A program made the position numbers and the translations under genes. A DNA stretch of 64,000 bases. Origin: Longimicrobiales bacterium (GTDB lineage: Bacteria; Gemmatimonadota; Gemmatimonadetes; Longimicrobiales; Gaopeijiaceae). A model generated the notes under the pieces. That model did no database searches, was not told where the DNA came from, and saw only the letters and a program-made list of their open reading frames with translations. The stretch lies in the NCBI GenBank assembly GCA_963664435.2, contig CAXXKM010000003.1, positions 864,001 through 928,000 of the forward strand, read 5' to 3'. Positions 29,701-41,535 of this stretch are shown piece after piece; position 1 is the first letter of the stretch, and the number at the start of each line of letters is the position of its first letter.

Positions 29701-30527
29701 TGAGCGACAAGCGAGGAGCCGGTCCGGCGCGCGTGGTGGACGAAGAGCGCATCGCGGCGCGGAATCGGCGCGAACGGGCCTTGCCGATGGCCGATGGGCG
29801 TGAGGCAGCCCCGGGAGAGCGAGGAATGGACCGCCGCCACGCCCTCAAGGTGATGGCGCTGGCCGCCGCCGCGCCCGGACTCGCATCCTGCGGTCCCGGA
29901 CCTGGTGACGAAAACGTGGCCGCGGGTGCATCTGCCGGGGCTGCCGGTATCGCGGGCGGCAGCACCCCCGGCCAGGTCGCCAACCCCAATGCGCGCGGCG
30001 ATCTCTGGGATCCGGACCTCCTCTCCCCCGTGGTGCCGTGGGAGCGGTCGCTCGACCCCGACGAACTCGAGTCGCTCGCGGTGCTCTGCGACGTGATCCT
30101 GCCCGCCGACGACCGCTCTCCGGCCGCGAGCGAGCTGGGCGCCCACGACTTCATCGACGAATGGGTGAGCGCGCCCTACGAGGCCCTCCAGGCGGGCGGC
30201 GTGCTGATCCGGGGCGGGCTGGTCTGGCTCGACCGCGAGGCGCACGCGCGCTTCGGCGGGGGCGCCCCGCCGGCCAGCGTCCGCTTCCGCGACCTCACGA
30301 GCGCGCAGCAGCACGCCATCTGCGACGACATCTGCGACCCGGAGCGGGCCGAGGGCGGGCCGTTCGAAGCCCCTTCCCTCTTTTTCGACCGGGTGCGCTA
30401 CCTGACCCTCACCGCCTTCTGGACCACGGCCGAAGGCATGGACGACATCCAGTACGTCGGCAACACCCCACTGACCCGATGGGACCCGCCGCCACCCGAG
30501 GTCCTCCGCCACATCGGGCTCGCCTGA
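29700..30527 (+). CDS. Gluconate 2-dehydrogenase subunit 3 family protein (Tat small subunit of the GMC enzyme)
   Basis: DRRHALK Tat motif, LCDVILP, FIDEWV and FWTTAEGMDDIQYVGN; start may be ATG 29826. Confidence 0.88.
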   Translation: MSDKRGAGPARVVDEERIAARNRRERALPMADGREAAPGERGMDRRHALKVMALAAAAPGLASCGPGPGDENVAAGASAGAAGIAGGSTPGQVANPNARGDLWDPDLLSPVVPWERSLDPDELESLAVLCDVILPADDRSPAASELGAHDFIDEWVSAPYEALQAGGVLIRGGLVWLDREAHARFGGGAPPASVRFRDLTSAQQHAICDDICDPERAEGGPFEAPSLFFDRVRYLTLTAFWTTAEGMDDIQYVGNTPLTRWDPPPPEVLRHIGLA

Positions 30528-30553
30528 CCGGCTCTCCCAACCAGGACCACCTC

Positions 30554-32044
30554 ATGGCCCCATCCGACGCCCGCCCATCCGCAAACGCCGAGCGCCTCTT
30601 CCGTGGCAGCTGCGTCGCCCTGATCGCCACATCGGTCGCCTTCGCGACCGTGGGCGCCGTCATGCTCGACCTCAAGAACGAGTTCGTGCTTACGAACGAG
30701 CAGGTGGGCTGGATCGGGGGCGCGGCCCTCTGGGGGTTCGCGCTCTCGCAAGTGGTCTTCGCGCCGCTGGCCGACACGCTGGGCTTCCGCACCCTGCTGC
30801 GCACGGCGTTCGCGGCGCACCTGATCGGCACGGTCACGCTCATCCTCGGCGGGAGTTTCGCGCATCTCTTCACGGGCGCGCTGATCATCTCCATGGGGAA
30901 CGGGCTGGTGGAAGCCGCGTGCAACCCGCTGGTAGCGGCGCTCTATCCGGGCAACAAGACCGTCAAGTTGAACAACTTCCACGTCTGGTTCCCGGGCGGG
31001 ATCGTGCTGGGCGGACTGGCCGCGTTCGGGCTCGATCAGCTGGCGGCTTCGTCCGCGGGGCTGGAGGTCCTCGGGGAGTGGCGGGTGAAGATCGCGCTGA
31101 TCGTCGTTCCGACGCTGGTCTACGGGCACATGCTGCTGCGGGAGAAGTTTCCGCCCACCGAAGGGGTGCAGGCGGGCGTTTCGGTGGCCGAGACGTTTCG
31201 CGCCGCGCTCACCACCCCGTTCATGCTGCTCATGCTGTTCGCGATGGCGATGACCGCCTCCATCGAGATCGGCCCTACCCGCTGGGTCCCGGCGGTGCTG
31301 GAGGCGGGGGGCATCCCCGGCATTCTGGTTCTGGTGTGGATCAATGGCCTCATGGCGGTGCTGCGTCACCGGGCCGGGACGGTCGTTCACCGGCTCTCGC
31401 CCCCCGGAGTACTGCTGATCTCTGCGGCCCTGACCGGGGTCGGGCTGCTCGCCTTCAGCTACGCGTCCGGGGCGGCCGCCGTCTTCCTTACCGCGACGGT
31501 CTACGCGGTCGGCATCTGCTACATCTGGCCCACCATGCTGGGCGTGGTGTCGGAGCGGGTGCCGAAGAGCGGCGCACTGGGCCTGGGGCTGATGGGGGCG
31601 GTGGGAATGGCGACCACCGGGCTGGTGACAGCGCCCCAGATGGGCCGGGTGGCCGACGTCTACGCCCACGACCAGCTTCCCGCGGTGGAGGTGGTGGCGC
31701 TCTTCGAACGCGCCGACGGCGAGCTGGCGGCGGTGCCGGGGCCCGACGCGAGCGCCGCCCGCGACGCTGCCGCCGATGTGGTGGCCGAATACAGGTCGGA
31801 AGGCGCCCTGCCCTCCCCCGCAACCGCCAACGCGCTCCGGCAGATCATCGACTCCGGGGCGGGCGAGGGACTCACCGGGGATGCGCAGGCGATCCTGGGA
31901 CCCGCTGACAACTTCGGCGGACGCATCTCCTTCCGCTATCTGGTGCCTCTTTGCGGCGTCCTGGTAGTGATTTTCGGGGTAATGCAGGCGCGTGCCCGAA
32001 GTCAGGGCGGATACCGGGCGCGACACATCGCGGAGACGGGGTGA
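30554..32044 (+). CDS. MFS transporter
   Basis: Multiple TM helices; GNGLVEAACNP and WPTMLG motifs. Confidence 0.9.
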   Translation: MAPSDARPSANAERLFRGSCVALIATSVAFATVGAVMLDLKNEFVLTNEQVGWIGGAALWGFALSQVVFAPLADTLGFRTLLRTAFAAHLIGTVTLILGGSFAHLFTGALIISMGNGLVEAACNPLVAALYPGNKTVKLNNFHVWFPGGIVLGGLAAFGLDQLAASSAGLEVLGEWRVKIALIVVPTLVYGHMLLREKFPPTEGVQAGVSVAETFRAALTTPFMLLMLFAMAMTASIEIGPTRWVPAVLEAGGIPGILVLVWINGLMAVLRHRAGTVVHRLSPPGVLLISAALTGVGLLAFSYASGAAAVFLTATVYAVGICYIWPTMLGVVSERVPKSGALGLGLMGAVGMATTGLVTAPQMGRVADVYAHDQLPAVEVVALFERADGELAAVPGPDASAARDAAADVVAEYRSEGALPSPATANALRQIIDSGAGEGLTGDAQAILGPADNFGGRISFRYLVPLCGVLVVIFGVMQARARSQGGYRARHIAETG

Positions 32045-32110
32045 GCGCGCGGGGCACGTCCGCAACGTGAGCCTTCCCAACCGGAACCGGTCCCCCGGAA
32101 GAAGGCAGCC

Positions 32111-33316
32111 GTGACCCTCCGCTACGGCATGGTGGGCGGCGGGCCGGGCGCCTTCATCGGTCCGGTTCACCGCATGGCGGCCGCCCTCGACGGCGACTGG
32201 CGACTGTGCGCGGGCGCGTTCTCGGCGGACGCGGAGATGGCGCGACGAACCGGGGCCCGGCTGGGCCTGGCGGCGGATCGCGCATACGGATCGTGGCGGG
32301 AGATGGCGCGAGGCGAGGCGGCCCTGCCGGACGATGAGCGCATCCACGCGGTGGTGATCGTTACCCCGAACCACCTGCACCACCCGGTCGCACGAGCCTT
32401 CCTGGAACGGGGAATACACGTCATCTGCGACAAGCCGCTGGCGGTGACGGTGGAGGAAGCCGACCATCTGTGCCGCCTGACGGCGTCGGCCGGCCTGGTC
32501 TTCGCGGTGACCTACAACTACTCCGGCTACCCTATGGTCCGGGAAGCGCGCGCACGGGTGCGTGACGGCGCCATCGGCCAGGTGCGCAAGGTCGTGGTCG
32601 AGTATTCGCAGGGATGGCTGGCGGAGCTGCTCGAGACGGAGGGGCACAAGCAGGCGGAGTGGAGAGCGGACCCCGCGCGCGGAGGGCCGTCCGCGGTGCT
32701 GGGCGACATCGGCTCCCATGCGCACCATCTGCTCCGATACGTCACCGGCCTGGAGGTGCAGCGCCTGTTCGCCGACCTGGGCACCGTGGTGGCGGGCCGT
32801 GCCGCCCACGACGACGCGGTGGTGCTGCTCGAGCTCGACGGAGGGGTGCGGGGCGTGCTGATGGCCTCCCAGATCGCCACGGGCGAGCGCAACCACCTGC
32901 GCCTGCGCGTCTACGGCAGCGGGGGCGGGCTCGACTGGAACCAGGAGGAACCCAACCGCCTGCGGCTGCTGCGCCCCGACGGGTCCGAAGAGTTGGTGTA
33001 TCGCGGCGCCGGCGCCCGCTCGGCGTCGGCAACCGCCGCTACTCGCCTCCCCGGCGGCCATCCGGAAGGCTTTGTGGAGGCGTTTGCGAACCTCTACCGG
33101 GAAGTGGCGCGCGCAGTGCGGACGGGTGACTTTAGTGCGTGCGCGCAGAGTGGTGATGCTCGCCCGCCGAGCCGCCCGCCGGACGGCGGCGAGGAAGCTC
33201 CGGCGCCCGACTTCCCCACGGTTCAGGACGGCGCCCGCGGCATCCATTTCATCGAAAGCGCAATCCGCAGCGACCGGGCCGGATCCTGGATCGCGATCAG
33301 CTACGGCTCGCAATGA
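32111..33316 (+). CDS. Cytoplasmic Gfo/Idh/MocA oxidoreductase
   Basis: GMVGGGPGAFIG.VH, VTPNHLH, ICDKP, GDIGSHA and PGGHPEGFVEAFANLY. Confidence 0.93.
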   Translation: MTLRYGMVGGGPGAFIGPVHRMAAALDGDWRLCAGAFSADAEMARRTGARLGLAADRAYGSWREMARGEAALPDDERIHAVVIVTPNHLHHPVARAFLERGIHVICDKPLAVTVEEADHLCRLTASAGLVFAVTYNYSGYPMVREARARVRDGAIGQVRKVVVEYSQGWLAELLETEGHKQAEWRADPARGGPSAVLGDIGSHAHHLLRYVTGLEVQRLFADLGTVVAGRAAHDDAVVLLELDGGVRGVLMASQIATGERNHLRLRVYGSGGGLDWNQEEPNRLRLLRPDGSEELVYRGAGARSASATAATRLPGGHPEGFVEAFANLYREVARAVRTGDFSACAQSGDARPPSRPPDGGEEAPAPDFPTVQDGARGIHFIESAIRSDRAGSWIAISYGSQ

Positions 33317-33362
33317 TGCCGTTCATTCGAGAATCGACCGAAGGCAGGAGTCTTCCCATATC

Positions 33363-34841
33363 GTGACCTCCAGTGCCTCTGATCCGCGGACCCCGATGCC
33401 GGTCGAGGCGTGCGCCGACCTGCAGATGGAGCCGGCCGAGATGCTCGAGCTGGCAAACCGGGCGGCAGAGCTTCTTGTGGAGCGCATCCAGAATCTGCCC
33501 TCCCAGGAAGCCTGGGACGGTGAGTTCAAACAGGGACTCGAGAAGGAGCTGATGCGGGACCCGCCCGAGCACGGCCGCCCCGCCCGGGAAGTTCTCGACG
33601 CGGTAGCCGGGTCCATCCTGCCCTATACGCTGCGCCTGGATCATCCCCGGTGCTTCGGGTTCGTGCCATCGGCCTCCACCTGGGCGGGCGTGGTCGCCGA
33701 TTTCCTTGCCGCCGGGTACAACGCGAACACGATCACCTGGTTGGTCGCGAGCGGCCCGAGCCAGCTCGAGCTGGTGGTCATCGACTGGATCCGCCGCTGG
33801 GTGGGGTACCCGAGGACCGCCGGCGGGCTCCTGACCAGCGGAGGCTCGGCAGCCGCCGTCGACGCGTTCGTCGCGGCCCGGGAGCGAGCGGGCCACCCCG
33901 AGCGGGCCACCGTGTACATGAGCGACCAGAGCCACAGCGCACAGGTTCGGGCAGCGAGGATCATCGGAGTCCGGCCGGAACATGTCCGCCGAGTGGCAAG
34001 CGATGGGCATTTCCGGCTGGATCTCGCAGAGCTGGCGCGCGCAGTGGCCGACGACCGCGAGGCGGGGCTGAGTCCCGTCGCCGTTTGCGCCAACGCCGGC
34101 GCCGGCAGCACGGGCGCAATCGATTCGCTGGAAGAGATGGCCGACTACTGTGAAGACGAAGACATCTGGCTCCACGTTGACGCCGCCTACGGGGGCTTTG
34201 CGGTCCTGACCGAGAAGGGCAGGAGTCTGTTGCAGGGAGTCCAGCGCGCCGACTCGATCGGCCTCGACGCCCACAAGTGGCTCTTCCAGCCCTACGAGGC
34301 GGGGTGCCTCCTGGTAAAGGACGCGGCTACGCTCGAAGACGCCTTCGCGGTGCCCCACGACATGCTGCAGGACACGGTCTGGGGCGCGAACCATCCCAAC
34401 TTCGCGGACCGCGGACTGCAACACAGCCGGTCGTTTCGGGCCTTGAAGATCTGGTTTTCGGTCCAGACCTACGGCCTGTCCGCGTTCCGGCGCGCCGTGT
34501 CACTGGGAATGGCGCTGGCCGGCAGGGCCGAGCGGTACATCCGCGAGAGTCCGCTTCTCGAGATCCTCACCCCGGCTTCGCTGGGCATCGTGTGCTTCCG
34601 GGTGAACGCCCGGGACGCAGGCGTTGACGAGACATCCGTGGACGGGATCAATCGAGAGGTGCTCGCCCGCCTCTTCTGGGACGACCGGGCCTTCATATCC
34701 TCCACGAACCTCAAGGGCACGTTTTCGCTCAGGATGTGCATCGTCAACCACACCACCACCTGGGACGACGTGCGGGAGACGCTCGAAGCCATCGAACGGT
34801 TCGGGACGGAGGCCCTGGACCAGGCTTTGCGAGGGGAGTGA
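33363..34841 (+). CDS. Group II PLP-dependent (aromatic amino acid) decarboxylase family protein
   Basis: [42 protein letters not shown] and RALKIW; start uncertain (33363, 33396 or 33426). Confidence 0.9.
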   Translation: MTSSASDPRTPMPVEACADLQMEPAEMLELANRAAELLVERIQNLPSQEAWDGEFKQGLEKELMRDPPEHGRPAREVLDAVAGSILPYTLRLDHPRCFGFVPSASTWAGVVADFLAAGYNANTITWLVASGPSQLELVVIDWIRRWVGYPRTAGGLLTSGGSAAAVDAFVAARERAGHPERATVYMSDQSHSAQVRAARIIGVRPEHVRRVASDGHFRLDLAELARAVADDREAGLSPVAVCANAGAGSTGAIDSLEEMADYCEDEDIWLHVDAAYGGFAVLTEKGRSLLQGVQRADSIGLDAHKWLFQPYEAGCLLVKDAATLEDAFAVPHDMLQDTVWGANHPNFADRGLQHSRSFRALKIWFSVQTYGLSAFRRAVSLGMALAGRAERYIRESPLLEILTPASLGIVCFRVNARDAGVDETSVDGINREVLARLFWDDRAFISSTNLKGTFSLRMCIVNHTTTWDDVRETLEAIERFGTEALDQALRGE

Positions 34842-34848
34842 CCCGCGC

Positions 34849-35865
<1,017 letters not shown>

Positions 35866-35935
35866 TTCAAACTCTGGTTCAGGATCGATGGCGCGGGTCG
35901 TATATTGTTCCTCGATCCCCACCCCAGGCAGGCAC

Positions 35936-37030
35936 ATGCCGAACAGACACCATCAAGTTGCGGCGCGGCGCCATGGCCCGCCTCGCAAACATGCCGTCCC
36001 CCTCCTCACTTTGCTGGCCGTCTGCCTGGCCGCGTGCGAATCCGAGGTCGCGGCGCCCGGGGAGGAAAGCTTCGAGGAGGGCGAGATCTCCTTCGACGCC
36101 TCGTCCCCCACGGACTTCGTCTATCTGAACATCGCGAACGGGACGAGGGTGACCCCCGCCGATCCCGCCACCTCAACCGAATGGCACATGGCGTTCCGGC
36201 GCTTCGCGGTGCGTCTGAACAGCGGTGTTTCGGGTCCGGGATCCGTGTCGGGATTCAATCTCGGCACCAACGCCAGTGCGTCCGCGGACCAAATCGCCGC
36301 CTTGGCGCCTGAGGACGGAGAGGCCGCGTTCCAAACCGTGACCGAAGCCGACATCCCGGCGTCCTCGGCCTTCGTCGAGGATGGCTTGGCGCCGGATCCC
36401 GGCTCCACCTGGTTCCGCTTCGATCCGCAGGCGGGGACGCTGGTGGCGGATCCGCGGGTGGCGTGGAAGGTGCGGGAGAGTTCGGGACGGGGTCACGCCC
36501 TCTTTCGCGTCGTGGAGCTGCGGATGGAGGGACAGCGGCCGCTGGGCCTGAACATCGAACACCGGCGCCAGGATGCGGACGGCGCCCTGGGTGAGGCGCG
36601 CATCGCCGCCGCCGATCTCACGCGCGGTCCGGCGTACGTCGGCTTCGCGGGAGCCGAGGGGCCGCGGGCGGGCAGCTGCGACTGGGACATCGGGGTGTCG
36701 CCCGAATTCGGCGTGCTCGTGAACGCGGACTGCGGCGCCGGCACCTTCCCGCTCGACGCGGCACGAGACTTCACCACGGAGACGCGCGCCGACGACGCCC
36801 CCGAATACGCCGACTTCCTGGCCGTGATCGCGGGCGCCTTTCCGGCCAGCGTCACCGACGGCGGCGGGATCTTCTGGTACGGCATCCAGAACAACAACCG
36901 CCTGTGGCCAACCTACAACGTCTTCCTGGTGAAGGTGGACCAGGACATTCACAAGGTGCAGGTCCACGACTACTACAGCGCCAACGGAGCGTCGGGCTTC
37001 CCGTCCGTGAGGTTCCAGCGCCTCCGATGA
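35936..37030 (+). CDS. HmuY-like heme-binding lipoprotein
   Basis: Lipobox LAAC; WHMAFRRFAVRLNSGVSGPG and KVQVHDYYSANGASG resemble HmuY motifs; coupled to a TonB receptor. Confidence 0.8.
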   Translation: MPNRHHQVAARRHGPPRKHAVPLLTLLAVCLAACESEVAAPGEESFEEGEISFDASSPTDFVYLNIANGTRVTPADPATSTEWHMAFRRFAVRLNSGVSGPGSVSGFNLGTNASASADQIAALAPEDGEAAFQTVTEADIPASSAFVEDGLAPDPGSTWFRFDPQAGTLVADPRVAWKVRESSGRGHALFRVVELRMEGQRPLGLNIEHRRQDADGALGEARIAAADLTRGPAYVGFAGAEGPRAGSCDWDIGVSPEFGVLVNADCGAGTFPLDAARDFTTETRADDAPEYADFLAVIAGAFPASVTDGGGIFWYGIQNNNRLWPTYNVFLVKVDQDIHKVQVHDYYSANGASGFPSVRFQRLR

Positions 37031-39222
37031 ACGTCGCCGCCCGGGCGGCGCTGGTGGCGGGGGTCCTGGGCATCGCCGGCGCTTCGCCCGCGCGCGCGCT
37101 GAGCGCGCCGCCTCAGCCGTCGCGGGCGGAGGCGTGCCCGGGGCGGGTGGTCGACCGGGCGTCGGGCGCGGCCATTGCCGAGGCGAGCGTGCTGTGGACC
37201 CCGCCCGGCCCGGCGCGCGCCGCCGCGGATGCGGGCGAGGGCCCGGAGCCGGTGTTCAGCAACTCGCTCGGGGCCTTCGCGAGGCCCGAATCCTGGGGAC
37301 CGGGGGGCACGATCGAGGTGGCGGCGCTCGGATACGTTGCCCGCACCCTGACCTGGGAAGAGGCGGAGGCGGCGGAATGGCGCCTGGACCTCGCCCGCGA
37401 CCCGCTCGCGTTGGACGAGCTCGTGGTGACGGCCAGCGCGCGCGCGCGGCGCCGGTCGGAGATCGCCCTGCCGGTGGAGACCATCGAGGCGGCGGAGATC
37501 GCCGCCGCCGGGGCCGCCTCCGCCGACCGCCTTCTCGAGGAACTGCCGGGCGTGCAGGTGACCGGAAGCGCGCCGACCGGTTCGAGCCTCCTCATCCGGG
37601 GCATCGGCGGCGCGCGCGTGCTCGTGCTTCTCGACGGGCAGCCGGTCACCGGAACCCTCATCGAGAATCGCGACCTGAGCCGCATGTCGCTCGCCGGAAC
37701 CGACCGGGTCGAGATCGTGAAGGGCCCGATGTCGTCCCTGTACGGATCCGACGCCCTCGGTGGCGTGGTCAACGTCATCACCCGGCTGCCCGCCTCCGGC
37801 TTCCGCCTGGACGCGCGCGCACTTTCGGGCGGGGCGGGGCGGCAGGAGGCGGAGGTGACCGCAAGCGGAGGGGGCCGCGTTCAGTACGGAGTCACCGGGG
37901 GATGGCGCCAGGAGAACCAGGTGCCGGGACTGGTCAGCGGCGGCCAGGAAGCCTTCGCGCGCGTCTGGGACGGGCGCTCCCGCCTGCGCTTCGCCGTGAC
38001 CGACGACTGGGAGCTGCGCGCCGGGCTCACCCTGCTGCGCGAGCGCCAGCGATGGCCGGTCGGGGGTGGATTCTCGGGCTTCAACGACAACCGCGGCTTG
38101 TCAGGCTGGCTCGAGACCCGCCGCCGCGCCGGCCCCGGGGAGTGGAGCGCGACCGTCTTCGCGCAGGACTACGAGCATCTCTACCGGAGCGCCCGCGGCG
38201 CGGCGCCGATCGCCGGCGATCGCTCCAACGCCCAGCGGGAGCGGCTGGCCAAGGCCACCGCGGGTTACTCCGGCACCTGGGGCGACCACGACTTCGACAT
38301 CGGCGTCGAGGGCGCGGCGCGCTTTATCGAGTCGCCCGACAAGTTGGTCGAGGAACGGGCGTCGGACGACCAGATCGCCCTCTTCGCGCAGGACGCGTGG
38401 CGGCTGGGCGCCACGGTCGCGAGCGCCGGCGCGCGCCTCACCCGCAACAGCCGCTGGGGATCGAACCTGGCGCCCTCGCTCGGGCTGACCCACGCCCTCC
38501 GCCGGAACCTGCGCCTGCGCGCCGCCGTCGCCCAGGGCTTCCGCGCGCCGTCATTCAAGGAGCTCGGCTGGCGGTACGTCAACCTGGCGGCGGGGGTCAC
38601 CGTCCAAGGCCATCCCGACCTGCGGCCCGAGCGCTCCTGGAGCGTGTCGGCCGGCGCCGAATGGCGCCCGCGCGAGCGGCTGCTCGTCAACGTCGAAGCC
38701 TATTCCAACCGCATCGAGAACCTCGTCGAACTCGGGTTCATCGGCAACGCGGCCAGCGGCCTTCTCGTCTACTCGCCACGCAACCTGGCGAACGCCGTCA
38801 CGCAGGGCTTCGAGCTCACGCTGCACGCACTGGCGGGGGACGGCGAGTTCTCCGTCGGCTACGCGCACCTCGACGCGCACACGGGCTCCGGAGGACGGCT
38901 GGACCGGCGCGCCAGGCACTCCGGGCGGGCTCGTGCCACCTGGATCGTCGAGGAGCTGGCGGGGCTGCGCCTGGACGCCACCGCCCACTTCACCGGAAGC
39001 GCGCCTATCATCCTCACTCAACCCGACGGAACCACGGTTCCCCTCGGGACCCAGGACCGCTTCACGGCCGTGGACCTGCAGGCGTCCCTCCCCGTCGCGG
39101 ACCACCTCGAGCTGCTCGCCGGCGTCGACAACCTCTTCGACGTCCGCCCCGAGGGATGGCAGGGCCTCATCGAACGCCGGTTCCGGATGAGCGTCCGTCT
39201 CCGGGAGCTGTTCGCCGGATAG
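37027..39222 (+). CDS. TonB-dependent receptor (likely heme/metal)
   Basis: LDELVVTA TonB box, RVEIVKGPMSSLYGSDALGGVVNVIT, GFRAPSFKEL and G.DNLFD. Confidence 0.92.
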   Translation: MNVAARAALVAGVLGIAGASPARALSAPPQPSRAEACPGRVVDRASGAAIAEASVLWTPPGPARAAADAGEGPEPVFSNSLGAFARPESWGPGGTIEVAALGYVARTLTWEEAEAAEWRLDLARDPLALDELVVTASARARRRSEIALPVETIEAAEIAAAGAASADRLLEELPGVQVTGSAPTGSSLLIRGIGGARVLVLLDGQPVTGTLIENRDLSRMSLAGTDRVEIVKGPMSSLYGSDALGGVVNVITRLPASGFRLDARALSGGAGRQEAEVTASGGGRVQYGVTGGWRQENQVPGLVSGGQEAFARVWDGRSRLRFAVTDDWELRAGLTLLRERQRWPVGGGFSGFNDNRGLSGWLETRRRAGPGEWSATVFAQDYEHLYRSARGAAPIAGDRSNAQRERLAKATAGYSGTWGDHDFDIGVEGAARFIESPDKLVEERASDDQIALFAQDAWRLGATVASAGARLTRNSRWGSNLAPSLGLTHALRRNLRLRAAVAQGFRAPSFKELGWRYVNLAAGVTVQGHPDLRPERSWSVSAGAEWRPRERLLVNVEAYSNRIENLVELGFIGNAASGLLVYSPRNLANAVTQGFELTLHALAGDGEFSVGYAHLDAHTGSGGRLDRRARHSGRARATWIVEELAGLRLDATAHFTGSAPIILTQPDGTTVPLGTQDRFTAVDLQASLPVADHLELLAGVDNLFDVRPEGWQGLIERRFRMSVRLRELFAG

Positions 39223-39321
39223 GCCTCGTCCGGCGGAGGTCACGCCACTTTCCGACTCGGGCCGCCCGTGCTTATGTTGCGGCGTCTTTCGTCTACCCGT
39301 TTCCCAGCCCCCGGTACGCCA

Positions 39322-40944
39322 ATGGTTAAACGAATGCTCGGAGCGATGCTGGTCGCCCTCCTCATCACCCCCGCCACCACGGCCGCGCAGAGCCTTTCCG
39401 ACGAGGAACTGGAGCCTCTCACGGCGCGCGTGGAAGAAGGCGTACTGGAGCGCGCGAAGCTGGCCCAGGTCATGGTCGACAAAATCTTCTCGTTCTCCGA
39501 ACTCGGTCAGCAGGAGACCGAGACCTCGGCATACGTCACGGGGATCCTGGAGGAGAACGGCTTCACCATCGAGCACGCACCCGCCGGCATCCCGACCGCC
39601 TGGTTCGCACGCTGGGGGAGCGGGAGGCCGGTGATCTCCTTCGGGTCGGACATCGACGGCATCCCCAAGGCCAACCAGAAGCCCGGCGTGGCCTTTCACG
39701 ATCCGCTGATTCCGGGCGCCCCCGGCCACGGCGAGGGGCACAACTCCGGACAGGCCGTGAACGTGGTGGCGGCGCTCGCGCTCAAGGAGGTCATGGAGGC
39801 CGAGGGCATCGCGGGCACGCTCGTGCTCTGGCCCGGGGTCGCGGAGGAGCAGCTGGGCTCGAAGGCCTGGTACGTGCGCGACGGCTATCTGGAGGACATC
39901 GACGTCACGCTGTTCACACACGTCAGCAGCAACCTGTCGGTGAGCTGGGGCCAGGGCAGCGGGACCGGACTCGTCTCCGTCGAGTTCACCTTCGAGGGCG
40001 AGGCTGCGCATGGCGCCGGGGCTCCCTGGCGGGGCCGCAGCGCGCTGGACGCGGTCGAGCTGATGAACGTCGCCTGGAACTTCCGGCGCGAGCATCTGCG
40101 GCCCGACCAGCGCTCCCACTACGTGATCAGCGACGGCGGCGATCAGCCCAACGTCGTGCCGCCGAGCGCTTCGGTATGGTATTTCATCCGCGAGATGGAC
40201 TACGAGGACATCAAGCGCAACTTCGACACCGCCATCCGCATCGCCGAGGGCGCGGCCATGATGACCGACACCGAGATGTCGTACCGGATCATCGGAACCG
40301 CCTGGCCGCGGCACTTCAACCGGGTCGTGGCCGAGACCATGTACCAGCATATCGAGGACGTCGGACTGCCGGAGTGGACCGACGACGACCACGACTTCGC
40401 GAGCGCGGTGCAGGAATCGGTGGGGAGCGTTCCATCGGGGATGCCGACCGCCCTGTCGCAGCTCGGCGAGCCGGGGCCGCGCCGGAGCGGCGGCTCCGAC
40501 GACATCGGCGACATCTCGTGGAACGTGCCCACGGTGACCCTGCGCTTCCCTTCCAATGTGCCGGGGCTTCCCGGCCACCACTGGTCGAGCGCCATGGCGA
40601 TGGCCACCCCCATCGCGCACAAGGGCGCGGTTGCCGGCGCGCGCGTCATGGCCCGCACGGCGCTCCAGCTCTTCGCCCAGCCGGAACTGGTCGAGGAAGC
40701 CTGGACCTACTTCCGCGACGAACAGACCGCGGCCGTGGAGTACATCCCCTTCCTCGGCCCCGACGACCCGCCGCCCATCGATCTGAACAAGGAGATCATG
40801 GACACCTATCGTCCGCTCCTTGAGCAGTACTACTATGATGAGACCCGCTTCGAGACCTATCTGGAACAGCTTGGGATCATGTATCCCACGCTTTCGCGGC
40901 CGGTTTCCGAAGATGACCGGCAGGGCGGCCCGGGGTCGCGTTGA
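39322..40944 (+). CDS. Secreted amidohydrolase, M20/AbgB-like
   Basis: ELGQQE, GHGEGHN, GVAEE, AHGAGAPWRGRSALDAVELM and GGSDDIGDISW. Confidence 0.9.
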   Translation: MVKRMLGAMLVALLITPATTAAQSLSDEELEPLTARVEEGVLERAKLAQVMVDKIFSFSELGQQETETSAYVTGILEENGFTIEHAPAGIPTAWFARWGSGRPVISFGSDIDGIPKANQKPGVAFHDPLIPGAPGHGEGHNSGQAVNVVAALALKEVMEAEGIAGTLVLWPGVAEEQLGSKAWYVRDGYLEDIDVTLFTHVSSNLSVSWGQGSGTGLVSVEFTFEGEAAHGAGAPWRGRSALDAVELMNVAWNFRREHLRPDQRSHYVISDGGDQPNVVPPSASVWYFIREMDYEDIKRNFDTAIRIAEGAAMMTDTEMSYRIIGTAWPRHFNRVVAETMYQHIEDVGLPEWTDDDHDFASAVQESVGSVPSGMPTALSQLGEPGPRRSGGSDDIGDISWNVPTVTLRFPSNVPGLPGHHWSSAMAMATPIAHKGAVAGARVMARTALQLFAQPELVEEAWTYFRDEQTAAVEYIPFLGPDDPPPIDLNKEIMDTYRPLLEQYYYDETRFETYLEQLGIMYPTLSRPVSEDDRQGGPGSR

Positions 40945-40969
40945 GGACTATCACAACCGGAGTTTTCCG

Positions 40970-41473
40970 ATGATCGAAGCCAGCCGAAGACTTCTTTCCG
41001 CCGCCGCCACCATGCTGCTGGTGGCGAGCCTCACCGGCGCGGGTGGCCTCCCGGAGGCCGTCACGGAGCCGCCGGTCGACGCACCGCCGGTCGCATCGGC
41101 CGACGATCCGACCGAAGTGGGCTGGCGGCTCCTGGCCAGCCTTAACTACCGCACGGGCGAGAAGAGCGAGGACCTGGCCGCTCTCGACGGCAAGCTCGTC
41201 AAGATCCCCGGGTTCACGGTGCCGCTCGAGGACTGGGCGTCCTCGGCGACGGAATTCCTCCTCGTGCCCTATGTCGGCGCCTGCATCCACACGCCGCCTC
41301 CCCCGCCCAACCAGCTCGTCTACATCGAGATGGACCAGGGCAAGCGAGCGGCGATGGACGGCTGGAACCCGGTGTGGGTCGAGGGCGTGCTCCAGATCGA
41401 GATGACGGAGAGCGTGTACGGCGCCGTTGGCTTCACCATCACCGGCCAGCGGGTCTATCCGTACGGTTCCTGA
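40970..41473 (+). CDS. DUF3299 domain protein
   Basis: LDGKLVKIPGF.VPL and FLLVPYVGACIHTPPPPPNQLV. Confidence 0.92.
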   Translation: MIEASRRLLSAAATMLLVASLTGAGGLPEAVTEPPVDAPPVASADDPTEVGWRLLASLNYRTGEKSEDLAALDGKLVKIPGFTVPLEDWASSATEFLLVPYVGACIHTPPPPPNQLVYIEMDQGKRAAMDGWNPVWVEGVLQIEMTESVYGAVGFTITGQRVYPYGS

Positions 41474-41501
41474 TCCGCGACGCAGCCATATGCATGGATC
41501 G

Positions 41502-41535
41502 AGCGCGCCATCGCTGAGCCGAGGGCGCGCTTTTT
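41502..41535 (+). terminator. Putative intrinsic terminator or attenuator between DUF3299 and the ABC ATPase
   Basis: Stem AGCGCGCC/GGCGCGCT ending in a T5 run. Confidence 0.55.
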
